From a virus (Duplodnaviria; Caudoviricetes): a stretch of DNA of 59,235 nt. The notes under the pieces were generated by a model. The model worked only from the letters and a program-made list of their open reading frames with translations. It searched no databases and was not told the DNA's origin. The number at the start of each line of letters is the position of its first letter. Positions within the stretch are counted from its first letter, which is position 1. The stretch is taken from positions 1 through 59,235 of IMG/VR virus record IMGVR_UViG_3300017774_004719. One strand, given 5' to 3'. Positions 44,468 to 52,361 of the stretch are shown here, piece after piece. The position numbers and the translations under genes were made by a program.

Positions 44468-45395
44468 CGGCGCCTCCCTTGCTGGCCGCGATGGCGGCGT
44501 GGCTTGCGGCGTTAGAAGCCGAGCGCGAAATGCCCGTGTCTACAGCCGCATCCATGTCGGGGCCGCGCAAGCTCCCGGAGCTTGCCATCACCCAAGTGTG
44601 CTGGCCGCCCATGTTCAGGCTCATCACGCGAAATTGCTGCTTGAGCCACCGATACCGCTCCGCGTCCTTGGTGTCAGCGTGCGGGGCAGGCGCTGCGGGT
44701 GCGGCCCACTCCACATCCAGCCCAGTCACATCAAGGATGGCGCGGGCGGCTTGTTCGTGTGTGCAGGTGATGCGGGGGTCGCTGCCGTCAGCCTCGGACC
44801 GCGTTGCCGCGCCGTGGGCAATCAGTCGGCCAAGCAGGTCGGTGTGCTTTGCATGCTCTAGGCCGTCGAAGAATCCAGTGGTGTACGCCTCACCCATTTC
44901 TTCGGTGTAGTTCTCAGGGATGGGCACGGGCTGGGTAGGCGCTGCGGGTCCTGCGGCCACGGCTGAAAGCAGCGCCTCGACAAGATCGCGGCACTCTCGC
45001 GCCCAAAAGTTCTTGCGCTCGACCGTGGACAGGTCGAAGTCGCGCCGCATGTAGTGGATGCGCTTTGCGACTTCCACGGGTCCGGCAGGCTTTGCCTCTG
45101 CCTGGGCCTTCCAGCCCTTGCAGTGCTCCCGGTGCTGGCAGGCGTTGTGCGGGCTTTCGATGTTGGTCATGTCGGCCTGCTGCGGCTCGGCAGGCTTTGC
45201 CTCTGCCTGGGCCTCAAGTGCTGCGCGGGCAACGGTCGCCCGGCTGTTGGCGTAGCCGCGCACTTGGTCAAAGTGGCGCAGGTAGTTTTCCTGCCCATCG
45301 GTGTCGAGTGCCTTGCCCGCGTTGCGTGCGATGGTTTCCAGCGACTGCGCCGCTTCGCGCAGCGCTTCGGCCAGGGTGTTGGTGTTGGTGGTCAT
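44460..45395 (-). CDS. Mosaic early protein (Ead/Ea22-style)
   Basis: DAERYRWL motif; short modules joined by AQAEAKPA and PAAP linkers. Confidence 0.65.
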   Translation of the reverse strand: MTTNTNTLAEALREAAQSLETIARNAGKALDTDGQENYLRHFDQVRGYANSRATVARAALEAQAEAKPAEPQQADMTNIESPHNACQHREHCKGWKAQAEAKPAGPVEVAKRIHYMRRDFDLSTVERKNFWARECRDLVEALLSAVAAGPAAPTQPVPIPENYTEEMGEAYTTGFFDGLEHAKHTDLLGRLIAHGAATRSEADGSDPRITCTHEQAARAILDVTGLDVEWAAPAAPAPHADTKDAERYRWLKQQFRVMSLNMGGQHTWVMASSGSLRGPDMDAAVDTGISRSASNAASHAAIAASKGGADA

Positions 45396-45901
45396 GCTGC
45401 TGCTTTCATTGCGGCGTTCAAAGCCAGGAGAACGTGCTTCCAGCGATCACTGGTGGTTGTTTGGTGCGAGAGGTAGGCGTGCATGAGGTCTTGGGCCTGC
45501 TCAACAGCTCGGCGCAGCGCCTGCACTTCGGTCTCGGCTTCTTTGCAGCGCAGTGCCAATCCAATGTGCGCGTCGTCGTCTGCGCGCTGGAGGGCGTACC
45601 AGTTCCCATCCATGTGCTGTGGGAAGGTCGTCATGAGCCAGCCTCGCTTGTTGAGCGAGAACTTGTAGCGAATGGCGTCCTCGCCAAAGTGCTCCTCGGC
45701 GGCCTTCACGGCGCGGTCCATGCGAGCGCGGAGGTTGTCGCGTTCGCGCTCAATCGCGGGCAGCATGGCGAGCTCTCGCACTGCCACATCAATCGCGTGG
45801 CCCAACTCAGTAGGGTCGGCCATCGTGGTCATGTCGGTTGTGTCATCCCTGCGCCATGCGTTGTGCGCGGCGAGGATTTCGGCGGCTTCTGTGGGGGTCA
45901 T
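45392..45901 (-). CDS. Hypothetical protein
   Basis: MTPTEAAEILAAHNAWRR...LG.AID.A; GGAGG RBS. Confidence 0.65.
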   Translation of the reverse strand: MTPTEAAEILAAHNAWRRDDTTDMTTMADPTELGHAIDVAVRELAMLPAIERERDNLRARMDRAVKAAEEHFGEDAIRYKFSLNKRGWLMTTFPQHMDGNWYALQRADDDAHIGLALRCKEAETEVQALRRAVEQAQDLMHAYLSHQTTTSDRWKHVLLALNAAMKAAA

Positions 45902-46128
45902 CCGAAGTACCTCCAGATCGCACTGATGGCAATGAAGGCCACCACCCACAGCAGCAGGATGGCGCCGCCGAAGCGGGCGCGCGGCTCGCGGTAGCCATCG
46001 CTGGGCTTCCAGGCGCTCACGGGGCCTTTGGGCCAGCGGGTGTGGTCGTGAGAAAGGCCGCCCATGTAGTCGCTGTCGGCGTGGCGGCTGCCGTCTTTGT
46101 CGGCCAGGGTCTTGTCGCGCCAGCTCAT
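45898..46128 (-). CDS. Small protein with C-terminal TM
   Basis: GAGG RBS; hydrophobic C-terminus. Confidence 0.6.
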   Translation of the reverse strand: MSWRDKTLADKDGSRHADSDYMGGLSHDHTRWPKGPVSAWKPSDGYREPRARFGGAILLLWVVAFIAISAIWRYFG

Positions 46129-46277
46129 GCAGGCACCTCGTCAAACGCGGCTTGCACGGCTTCCACGGGAAGGCCCTTGGTCTGGGCCACGCTGGCAATC
46201 GCCTCGTCGTGCGTGGCGCCAATGGCGATGGCTCGGGCGTAGGCTTCTTTGATGCTGGTCTTGGAGTAGATGGTCAT
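46125..46277 (-). CDS. 50-aa hypothetical protein (not in ORF track)
   Basis: Hand translation MTIYSKTSIKEAYARAIAIGATHDEAIASVAQTKGLPVEAVQAAFDEVPA; ATGA overlap with the next gene. Confidence 0.6.
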   Translation of the reverse strand: MTIYSKTSIKEAYARAIAIGATHDEAIASVAQTKGLPVEAVQAAFDEVPA

Positions 46278-46290
46278 GGTGTGGAGGAGA

Positions 46291-46373
46291 AAAAAGGGGC
46301 CGGCCCGGGTGGGCGCATCAGGGAATGGAACGGCTCAGGGAGGAGAAGCCTTGTGTCCTGATGCAGCGGCCCG
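46291..46373 (-). ncRNA. Candidate structured RNA or attenuator (branched hairpin ending in a U run)
   Basis: Nested pairings GGGCCG/CGGCCC, GCCC/GGGC, GCATCAGG/CCTGATGC and GGCT/AGCC. Confidence 0.4.
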
Positions 46374-46382
46374 TGAAAGGGG

Positions 46383-47180
46383 TCAGGCGGCCAGCGGCAG
46401 CGGTGCGCGCAGCGCGCGCTCGCAGTCGTTGACGATGCGGATGAAGCGGATCAGGTCGCGCTCAAGGGCCTCAATGCGGGCTTCGTCGCGGTGGACGCGG
46501 TGGATGAACAGTTCGCGGCCCACGCTGGCCAGCCAGGGCGTGTAGATCACCAAGTCGATCCACTGCCAGCCTTCAATCCACATGCCGCCGTCGATCTGGT
46601 CTTGGTACTCGGCAATCACCTGGGCGGGGTCAAGCCACACGCCGGCCACCTTGTCCGCTGCGCTGGGGCACTTGATTTCGATGCCGCCCTTCTGGCCGTA
46701 CACGGCGCCATCGGTGGAGTAGCCGAACCAACGATCCGGGGTCAGCACCACGCCGGCCTCGTCAACGATGTAGCCGGTTCGGGACTGGTACAACTCGCGG
46801 GCGATGGGCTCCAGTTCTTGGCCGCGCTTCATGGCCCAGGTCTGGAACGTGTCGTCTTGGGACTGCCCGCTGATGCGCTCGATGGCCAGGAGCTGGGCGT
46901 ACTTGATGGCCGCGTCGCTGGGGCGCCCAACAGGCTCGCCGGCCAGGGCCTTTGCCACGGTGCTGCTGGTGGGCTTGGCCTTGTAGCCAGCCGCCGCCAC
47001 GGCTTCGGCCTCGGTCTTGCCAGCCTGGATGGCGCTGACGTAGGTGGCCTGTTGGTCGGTCAGCCCGTCAACCATGGAGCGGGCCACGGCAAAGCGGCTT
47101 GCGGTGCAGGCGCCTGCGCGCGCAGCGAACCACTCGGGCACGCCCTGCGGGCAGCTAACGCGGATGAGGTCGTCGCGCAT
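46383..47180 (-). CDS. YqaJ / lambda-exonuclease family recombinase
   Basis: QG..EW...RAG..TAS, M.RG.ELEP.AR, STDG, IEIKCP, Y..QI. Confidence 0.9.
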   Translation of the reverse strand: MRDDLIRVSCPQGVPEWFAARAGACTASRFAVARSMVDGLTDQQATYVSAIQAGKTEAEAVAAAGYKAKPTSSTVAKALAGEPVGRPSDAAIKYAQLLAIERISGQSQDDTFQTWAMKRGQELEPIARELYQSRTGYIVDEAGVVLTPDRWFGYSTDGAVYGQKGGIEIKCPSAADKVAGVWLDPAQVIAEYQDQIDGGMWIEGWQWIDLVIYTPWLASVGRELFIHRVHRDEARIEALERDLIRFIRIVNDCERALRAPLPLAA

Positions 47181-48007
47181 CAGTTCGCTCCCTTCTGGTC
47201 AGCAGCGCGGGCAGCCGCGCGCAGCCCTGCGAAGCTGGGCGTCATGGCGGTGCGCTGCGCTTCGGTAAGGCCGCCCCACCATGCGTTGAGGGCCTTGGAG
47301 CCCTGCAAAGACGCAATGCGCCCGGCATCGGCCAGTTCTTTAGGCACTTGGTCCTGGGTGTTGCCAGCCTGCTGAGACTGTCCTTTGCCGACGGTGCGGC
47401 CCTTGGCGGCGCGGCCGTCGTCGTCGTCACCTTTCTCACTCAGGCCAAGGGCTGCCTTGAGCGTGTGGCGCTCCAGATAGGTGATGGTGCTGGCAACCTG
47501 CTGAATCGGGTTCTTGTTGCCGGTGTCGTCCGGGTCGGCGGTCAGGCTGACGTTGATGCTGTGTCCCATCGCGTGGGACACGATGCAGGTCACGGTGATC
47601 TTGCGCGCCTCTTGCTTCACGTCCCAGCGGTGCGACAGGCCGTGCTTGGCCATGGCCGGCTGTGCGGCCTCAATCACGTCCGACAGTTCGGCGTGCTTGT
47701 AGTCGGTGGTGCCCTTGCTGCTGGTGAAGTGGACGCGCTTGCGCTTGACGACTTCGATCGCCTCGGAGCGCAGGCCGGACAGGGCTGCAAAGAATGCCTT
47801 CTCGGCCTCGCGGCGCTCAAAGCGCTCTTGCAGGTCCATCATCTTCTCGACCTGCTCCAAGGTCGCGCCGCGCTCCATGGCGGCGAGCATCATGGCGGCG
47901 GGGCTGTTGGCAGCCAAAGCCAGGGACTGCTGGGCCAGGGCCACGGGCTGCGCCTCGGTGGGCACCAGCTCCATGACGGCGTGTTCGGCGGAGGTTTGGG
48001 CGTTCAT
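47180..48007 (-). CDS. ERF-family single-strand annealing protein
   Basis: YKHAELSDV...HGLS...H..GH...KNPIQ...STITYL.RHTL.AALGL...DDDG. Confidence 0.85.
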   Translation of the reverse strand: MNAQTSAEHAVMELVPTEAQPVALAQQSLALAANSPAAMMLAAMERGATLEQVEKMMDLQERFERREAEKAFFAALSGLRSEAIEVVKRKRVHFTSSKGTTDYKHAELSDVIEAAQPAMAKHGLSHRWDVKQEARKITVTCIVSHAMGHSINVSLTADPDDTGNKNPIQQVASTITYLERHTLKAALGLSEKGDDDDGRAAKGRTVGKGQSQQAGNTQDQVPKELADAGRIASLQGSKALNAWWGGLTEAQRTAMTPSFAGLRAAARAADQKGAN

Positions 48008-48010
48008 GGC

Positions 48011-49132
48011 TTAGGCTTTCTGGATGTGGGTGACCAAGGCGGCCTTGATGGCGCCCCAATCGGATTCGTTGAACAGGCGTGCGTTGCGCTCGACCACTGC
48101 GGTGAAGCCCAACGAAGCCAAGAAGTCGGCGGTCAGGACAAAGCCCAAGCGCGTGTTGATGTCGCCCAGCTTGAGCGTTGGCGCCGGTGTGGCTGCTGGC
48201 GCTTGCTCGGGCTCGGCCGCGCCCTTGACCATGGCTGCTGCCAGCGCCTGGGCGTCCACCTCGCGGGCTTTGGCGGCGGCCAATTGGTCGGCTATGGCCT
48301 GCGCATCGCGCTCGGCCTGCGCGGCGGCGCGCGCTTCCTCGGCTTTGCGCTGGGCATCGGCGGCTTCGCGTTGGGCTTTGGCCATGGCCTCTTGCGCGCG
48401 GCGCAGCTCGGCTTGCTGGGCTTCCAGTTCGGCGCGCTGCGCGGCCAGCCGGGCGGCCTCTTGGCGCTGGGCCTCGCGTTCGGCGGCGAGCCGCGCGGCC
48501 TCGGCCTCGCCCTGGGCTGCGGCGTCATGCAACTCGATCAGCTTGGCCTGCACTTCGGCCTTCACGCGGGCGGCCGTGATGCTGAACTCCTCCAGCAGCG
48601 CCTCGCTGGTGTCCACGGTGGCCAAGCCTTCTTGCAGCGTGCGGATGTGGGCGCTGGATGAGCCAATAGCCGACGTGACGTAGCCCCGGATCAAGCCGAT
48701 GGCATGTTCATGCTTGGCCACTCGCGCAGCTTCAGCGCGGCGCTTCGCTTCGCGTTCGGCTTCGCGGCGCGCTTCGTCGGCCTTGATCTGCGCGTCGATG
48801 GGATCTTCCAGGCCCTTGATCTGGTCGGTGATGCGCTTGGCCTCGGCGTCGATCTTCTTGCCGAACTCCATGGCCGGGGCTTTCAGCTCCTTGCGCTTGG
48901 CCTCCAGGCCGGTGCGCAGCGCCACCAACTCCATCCGTGCGGCGCGTGCGTCCTTGTCGCCTGCCGTGGTGGTCAGGTCGTAGGTCTTGCCGGCGTACTT
49001 CGCGGACAAGGTGGCCAAGGCCGCCTCGGTGCGGCTGTAGGCCACGATCACATGACCGTCGCTGGTGACTTCAGCGCGGTCAATCACTTCGGCGGCCACG
49101 GCGTCAGCCTCGGCGGTGGTGTTTGCGTTCAT
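48011..49132 (-). CDS. Coiled-coil early protein
   Basis: LE.KRKELKAP....GK.IDAEA..I...I..LEDP; GGGAGG RBS. Confidence 0.75.
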   Translation of the reverse strand: MNANTTAEADAVAAEVIDRAEVTSDGHVIVAYSRTEAALATLSAKYAGKTYDLTTTAGDKDARAARMELVALRTGLEAKRKELKAPAMEFGKKIDAEAKRITDQIKGLEDPIDAQIKADEARREAEREAKRRAEAARVAKHEHAIGLIRGYVTSAIGSSSAHIRTLQEGLATVDTSEALLEEFSITAARVKAEVQAKLIELHDAAAQGEAEAARLAAEREAQRQEAARLAAQRAELEAQQAELRRAQEAMAKAQREAADAQRKAEEARAAAQAERDAQAIADQLAAAKAREVDAQALAAAMVKGAAEPEQAPAATPAPTLKLGDINTRLGFVLTADFLASLGFTAVVERNARLFNESDWGAIKAALVTHIQKA

Positions 49133-49133
49133 C

Positions 49134-49421
49134 TCAGAACCCTCCCAGTTCAAGGTGGTCAATCTGCGCTTGGATGGCCTTGACGCGCTTCTCGTCGCTG
49201 ACCAGCACCAAGCGTTCTTCTTGCAGGCGCAGGGCTGCCAAGCGCTTGCCGGCGTCGCTCATGTTTTCGTGGGGTGCGCCCTCCAGGGCTTTCACCTTGG
49301 ACAGCGAGCGCTCGTAGTCGTCGTGTGCTCCGGCCAGCCTGCTGCGCAGCTTCTTCAGGCGCAGGAGGCGCTTGAACCGGGCTAGCAGGGTGGGGCGGGT
49401 GAGGGTGATGAGGGTGGTCAT
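49134..49421 (-). CDS. Hypothetical protein
   Basis: Coupled ORF in the left operon. Confidence 0.6.
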   Translation of the reverse strand: MTTLITLTRPTLLARFKRLLRLKKLRSRLAGAHDDYERSLSKVKALEGAPHENMSDAGKRLAALRLQEERLVLVSDEKRVKAIQAQIDHLELGGF

Positions 49422-49762
49422 GCTGCTGCTGGTAGCCGTTGGAAGTTGTTGACGATTTCGACCATCAAGGCCGCCATGCGCGCTTGGTGCTCGGGGTCCA
49501 GTGCCTTGCGGTCGGCCTCGGCGCGCTGCTCGGCCAAGAACCGATCAAAGGCGATGCGCAGGGCTTCCAGGGCCACGATGCGCGTGCGCTGGGGCTGGCC
49601 TTCGTCCATGGCCAGGGCCAAGATGGAGGGGATGGGGAAGTTGGCGAAGTCGTCGGCGGTCACGTCGCGCAGCGGCGGGCCGAAGTCGGGATCGCGGGCG
49701 CTCATGCAGGCCGCGCCCAGCCAATCCGTGAAGTCGTCAGCGGGAAAGGTGCCGAAGCTCAT
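49418..49762 (-). CDS. Hypothetical protein
   Basis: Start MSFGTFPADDF with ATGA overlap. Confidence 0.6.
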   Translation of the reverse strand: MSFGTFPADDFTDWLGAACMSARDPDFGPPLRDVTADDFANFPIPSILALAMDEGQPQRTRIVALEALRIAFDRFLAEQRAEADRKALDPEHQARMAALMVEIVNNFQRLPAAA

Positions 49763-49881
49763 GCCGCCCCCATGGCCCACTGGGCAAGCAGTTCGGCCAG
49801 GGCCAAGCCCAAAACCACCGCCACTGCGGGCGATGCCCAGCGCGATTGCTGGGGCTTGGGGGTGTAGTTCTGTCGGTGCAT
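49759..49881 (-). CDS. 40-aa membrane peptide, first gene of the left operon (not in ORF track)
   Basis: MHRQNYTPKPQQSRWASPAVAVVLGLALAELLAQWAMGAA; GGGAGGA RBS. Confidence 0.55.
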   Translation of the reverse strand: MHRQNYTPKPQQSRWASPAVAVVLGLALAELLAQWAMGAA

Positions 49882-49923
49882 CGTGTCCTCCCGCTTTGCC
49901 GTCCTTGGCAACGTGAGGGCACT

Positions 49924-49990
49924 CTAGCAAAACACTAGTTATGCGACAAGTGAAACGCTAGAAAAAGCGCAAAAAAGGGTAAACCACTAG
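49924..49990 (-). promoter_or_regulatory. PL/OL-like region with 15-bp operators
   Basis: AT-rich; CTAGCAAAACACTAG (49924), CAAGTGAAACGCTAG (49947) and a weaker site at 49976. Confidence 0.7.
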
Positions 49991-50024
49991 GTTCGGCGGG
50001 TGCCGCGGCTTGTGGGTGGGGCGC

Positions 50025-50050
50025 AAAAAAGCCCGCTCGCGGCGGGCTTT
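50025..50050 (-). terminator. Terminator of the cI-lipoprotein transcript
   Basis: Minus strand reads AAAGCCCGCc-gcga-GCGGGCTTTTTT. Confidence 0.8.
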
Positions 50051-50064
50051 CGGGGTGTGGCCGG

Positions 50065-50427
50065 CTATCGCCAGCCCTTGGCCATCATGCAGTTCCGCCA
50101 GGCCATTTCATGGTTGTGCTGGGCGTCCGCGGCTGAGAGTTTTGCCATGGTTTCAAACATCGCATCGGTGGCTGTTCGCCTTGGCGCTACCGCCTGGGTG
50201 GTGCATTGGGCGCCGCCCATGAGGTCGCGCTGGCAGTTCGTCACCAGCGTGCTGGGCTGCTGGGCCGGTGCAGGCGCTGGGGCGGCAGGCGCCGGCATGC
50301 TGGCAACGGCTTGCTGGCAGGCCCAGCGGTCAGCGGCGAAGTTTGCGGCCGGGTTGGGGTTGGTTGGTGGCTGCGGCGCGGCGCAGCCGGTCAGCAGGAT
50401 CGCGCCTGCAATGATTGTTGCCCTCAT
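50065..50427 (-). CDS. Lipoprotein downstream of the repressor
   Basis: Lipobox ILLTG|C; D...C...NCM..KGW; GGGAG RBS. Confidence 0.75.
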   Translation of the reverse strand: MRATIIAGAILLTGCAAPQPPTNPNPAANFAADRWACQQAVASMPAPAAPAPAPAQQPSTLVTNCQRDLMGGAQCTTQAVAPRRTATDAMFETMAKLSAADAQHNHEMAWRNCMMAKGWR

Positions 50428-50437
50428 GGGGTTCTCC

Positions 50438-51022
50438 CTATCGACTCAGTTGCGCCCAGCCGCCGCCGAGCGATTCAAGAACCGCCACCACCCTGACTCC
50501 TGACATAGAGCCGGTGAAGGTGGCGAAGGCGGGATTGGGCGCGACCCCCTCCCAATCGTGCTCCAGGCTTTGCCGGTAGACACGGACGTGCGGATGGCCC
50601 TTGGCATCAATCAGCAGCACAGCATCCCCCCAGCCTGGCGCACGGCGTTCGAAGGTGGCCCGTGTCCCTTTGGGTGCCTTGGCGCCCATGGCGTCGTCTG
50701 GCAAATCAATCTTGAAAGCGTTGGGCAGGTCTTTGCCTGTCATCAGTTCCTCCCTGGTTAGGTAGGGAACTTTGTCAGGTTGGTAGCTCAAGCCGTGAGC
50801 CACCAAAGGCGCGTCAGTGGCCGATCGCCAGCCGGGGAAATGGGTGTCCAGCTTGGCGCGAAGTTGAGGCCCGACACCCTTGGGTCGCCCGGACGGCAGC
50901 TTGACCCCTGAGTAGACCTGGTAGAGCGATTGGTCGTTTGCCGAGATGCGATCGGCCAGGGCTTTATAGCCACCTTCCGCATCACAAATTCGGCGGAACG
51001 CCAGTACCAACGGGTCATCCAT
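50438..51022 (-). CDS. CI-like repressor (HTH plus degenerate S24 domain)
   Basis: GG.KALADRI....QSLYQV..G...G...R.KL HTH; C-terminal AF.I.LPDDAM...KG...GDAVL...APNPAF; divergent from cro. Confidence 0.8.
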   Translation of the reverse strand: MDDPLVLAFRRICDAEGGYKALADRISANDQSLYQVYSGVKLPSGRPKGVGPQLRAKLDTHFPGWRSATDAPLVAHGLSYQPDKVPYLTREELMTGKDLPNAFKIDLPDDAMGAKAPKGTRATFERRAPGWGDAVLLIDAKGHPHVRVYRQSLEHDWEGVAPNPAFATFTGSMSGVRVVAVLESLGGGWAQLSR

Positions 51023-51031
51023 CTCGCTATT

Positions 51032-51093
51032 CGAGCAGAAGGCTAGTGGCGGTCGAGTTCGAAACGCTTGCGCTGTCGATAGCGAAACGCTAG
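51032..51093. promoter_or_regulatory. OR-like operators between cI and cro
   Basis: CGAGCAGAAGGCTAG (51032), AGTTCGAAACGCTTG (51056), ATAGCGAAACGCTAG (51079); same family as the OL sites. Confidence 0.7.
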
Positions 51094-51104
51094 GATTGCT
51101 CGCC

Positions 51105-51344
51105 ATGAGCGAAGCAAAACCCCCAGTGACCCCGACCGAGCGCGCTGAGATTGCCGCAACCGTGGGCATGAATGAGCAGTACCTGTATCAGTGCATCACT
51201 GGCCGGAAGGCGATGAAGCCAACCGAGGCCGTGCGTGTTGAGCGCATGTCGCGTGGCCGGCTGAGGCGCCAGGACCTGCGGCCAAACGACTACTGGGAGG
51301 TCTGGCCTGATCTGCCGGCGCCGGCCAGCGCAGGAACTGATTGA
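51105..51344 (+). CDS. Cro/YdaS-like regulator
   Basis: RAEIAA.VG....YLYQ...GR....P..A.RVE..S.G.L.RQDLRP.DYW.VWPDL. Confidence 0.85.
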   Translation: MSEAKPPVTPTERAEIAATVGMNEQYLYQCITGRKAMKPTEAVRVERMSRGRLRRQDLRPNDYWEVWPDLPAPASAGTD

Positions 51345-51446
51345 CCTTCACGGCCGCCCCACGCGATTGGCGATGCCCTGCAACTCAGTCGCCCCCAGCA
51401 GCAGCGCCCGCCGCACCACGTCCACCACTTTGCGATTTGCCCACCC

Positions 51447-51713
51447 ATGAATGACCTTGCTATGTCCCGAAGCGGGATCACCGACCCCGCCGGAAAGTTG
51501 ACCGCCAGGCTGGACATCCCCGTGACGGAAGAGATGGCCGATGCGGTGGGGCTGATGGCTGCGGCTCATGGCATTCCTCGCTCTGAGTGGGTTCGTCGGC
51601 TGCTGGAGCGCGAAATGTTCGGCTCACTGCGGACGATTCAAAGGTTAGCGGGCATCCACCTCCCGCAGCAAAGGGATCAAAGCCCGGAAGTCGTAACAGG
51701 CGGTGATCGGTGA
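51447..51713 (+). CDS. Ribbon-helix-helix-like regulator in the cII position
   Basis: RLDIPVTEEM...V..MAA..G..RSEWVRRLL. Confidence 0.6.
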   Translation: MNDLAMSRSGITDPAGKLTARLDIPVTEEMADAVGLMAAAHGIPRSEWVRRLLEREMFGSLRTIQRLAGIHLPQQRDQSPEVVTGGDR

Positions 51714-52060
51714 TGGCGGCGGACATCGGTCAGTGGATGGCCGCCGAGCTCGTCAAGCGCCCAGCTGCAACAGCGGGCAACCCCGACCGGCCCAAGGCCG
51801 CGCCGTACCAACCCAACCCGCCCGGCGTGCCGTTCCAGAACGCTGCCAGCGCCGCGGTGCTGGAGCTGCTGCAGAACCACAAGGGCATGCCCCTTCGCCG
51901 CTGGCAGATCGTGGCCAGGACTGGCCGAACCGACAAGGCCGTGCAGTGGGCGCTGGCCTACCTGCAGGCGATCCACCTCATTGAAGCCCACAGCGACGGC
52001 AGCCACTCGCGCTATCGCCGCTACCAGATCGCACGAAGCAAGGAGAGCAAACGTGCCTGA
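51710..52060 (+). CDS. Winged-HTH protein
   Basis: VLELL....G...RWQIVARTGRT.KAV.WAL.YL.A..LIE. Confidence 0.6.
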   Translation: MMAADIGQWMAAELVKRPAATAGNPDRPKAAPYQPNPPGVPFQNAASAAVLELLQNHKGMPLRRWQIVARTGRTDKAVQWALAYLQAIHLIEAHSDGSHSRYRRYQIARSKESKRA

Positions 52061-52361
52061 GCAAATGACCATTGACCTGTCGCCCGCGCCGCTCGCTCGC
52101 GCGACCGACCCCCGCACCAGTTTCATGGCCGCAGCTGAAGCCGGCGCCATGGCTGCCAACCACCGCGCCCGCGTGCTGGCTGTGCTGAAGGAGGCCGGCA
52201 AGCCCCTGGGTGCCGAGCAGATCGCAGACGCCATCGGCTTGGACGCCTACCAGACCCGCAAGCGCTTGCCAGAGCTCCAGGGGTTGCGCCTGGCGGCCTT
52301 GGCTGATGGCCAGCGCACCACGCGCACCGGCCGGGCTGAACGGTTGTGGGTTGCGGCATGA
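52053..52361 (+). CDS. Winged-HTH protein
   Basis: AR.TDP.TS..AA...VL.VL....P....QIA...RKRL.EL...RTTRTGR...LW; AGGAG RBS. Confidence 0.7.
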   Translation: MPEQMTIDLSPAPLARATDPRTSFMAAAEAGAMAANHRARVLAVLKEAGKPLGAEQIADAIGLDAYQTRKRLPELQGLRLAALADGQRTTRTGRAERLWVAA

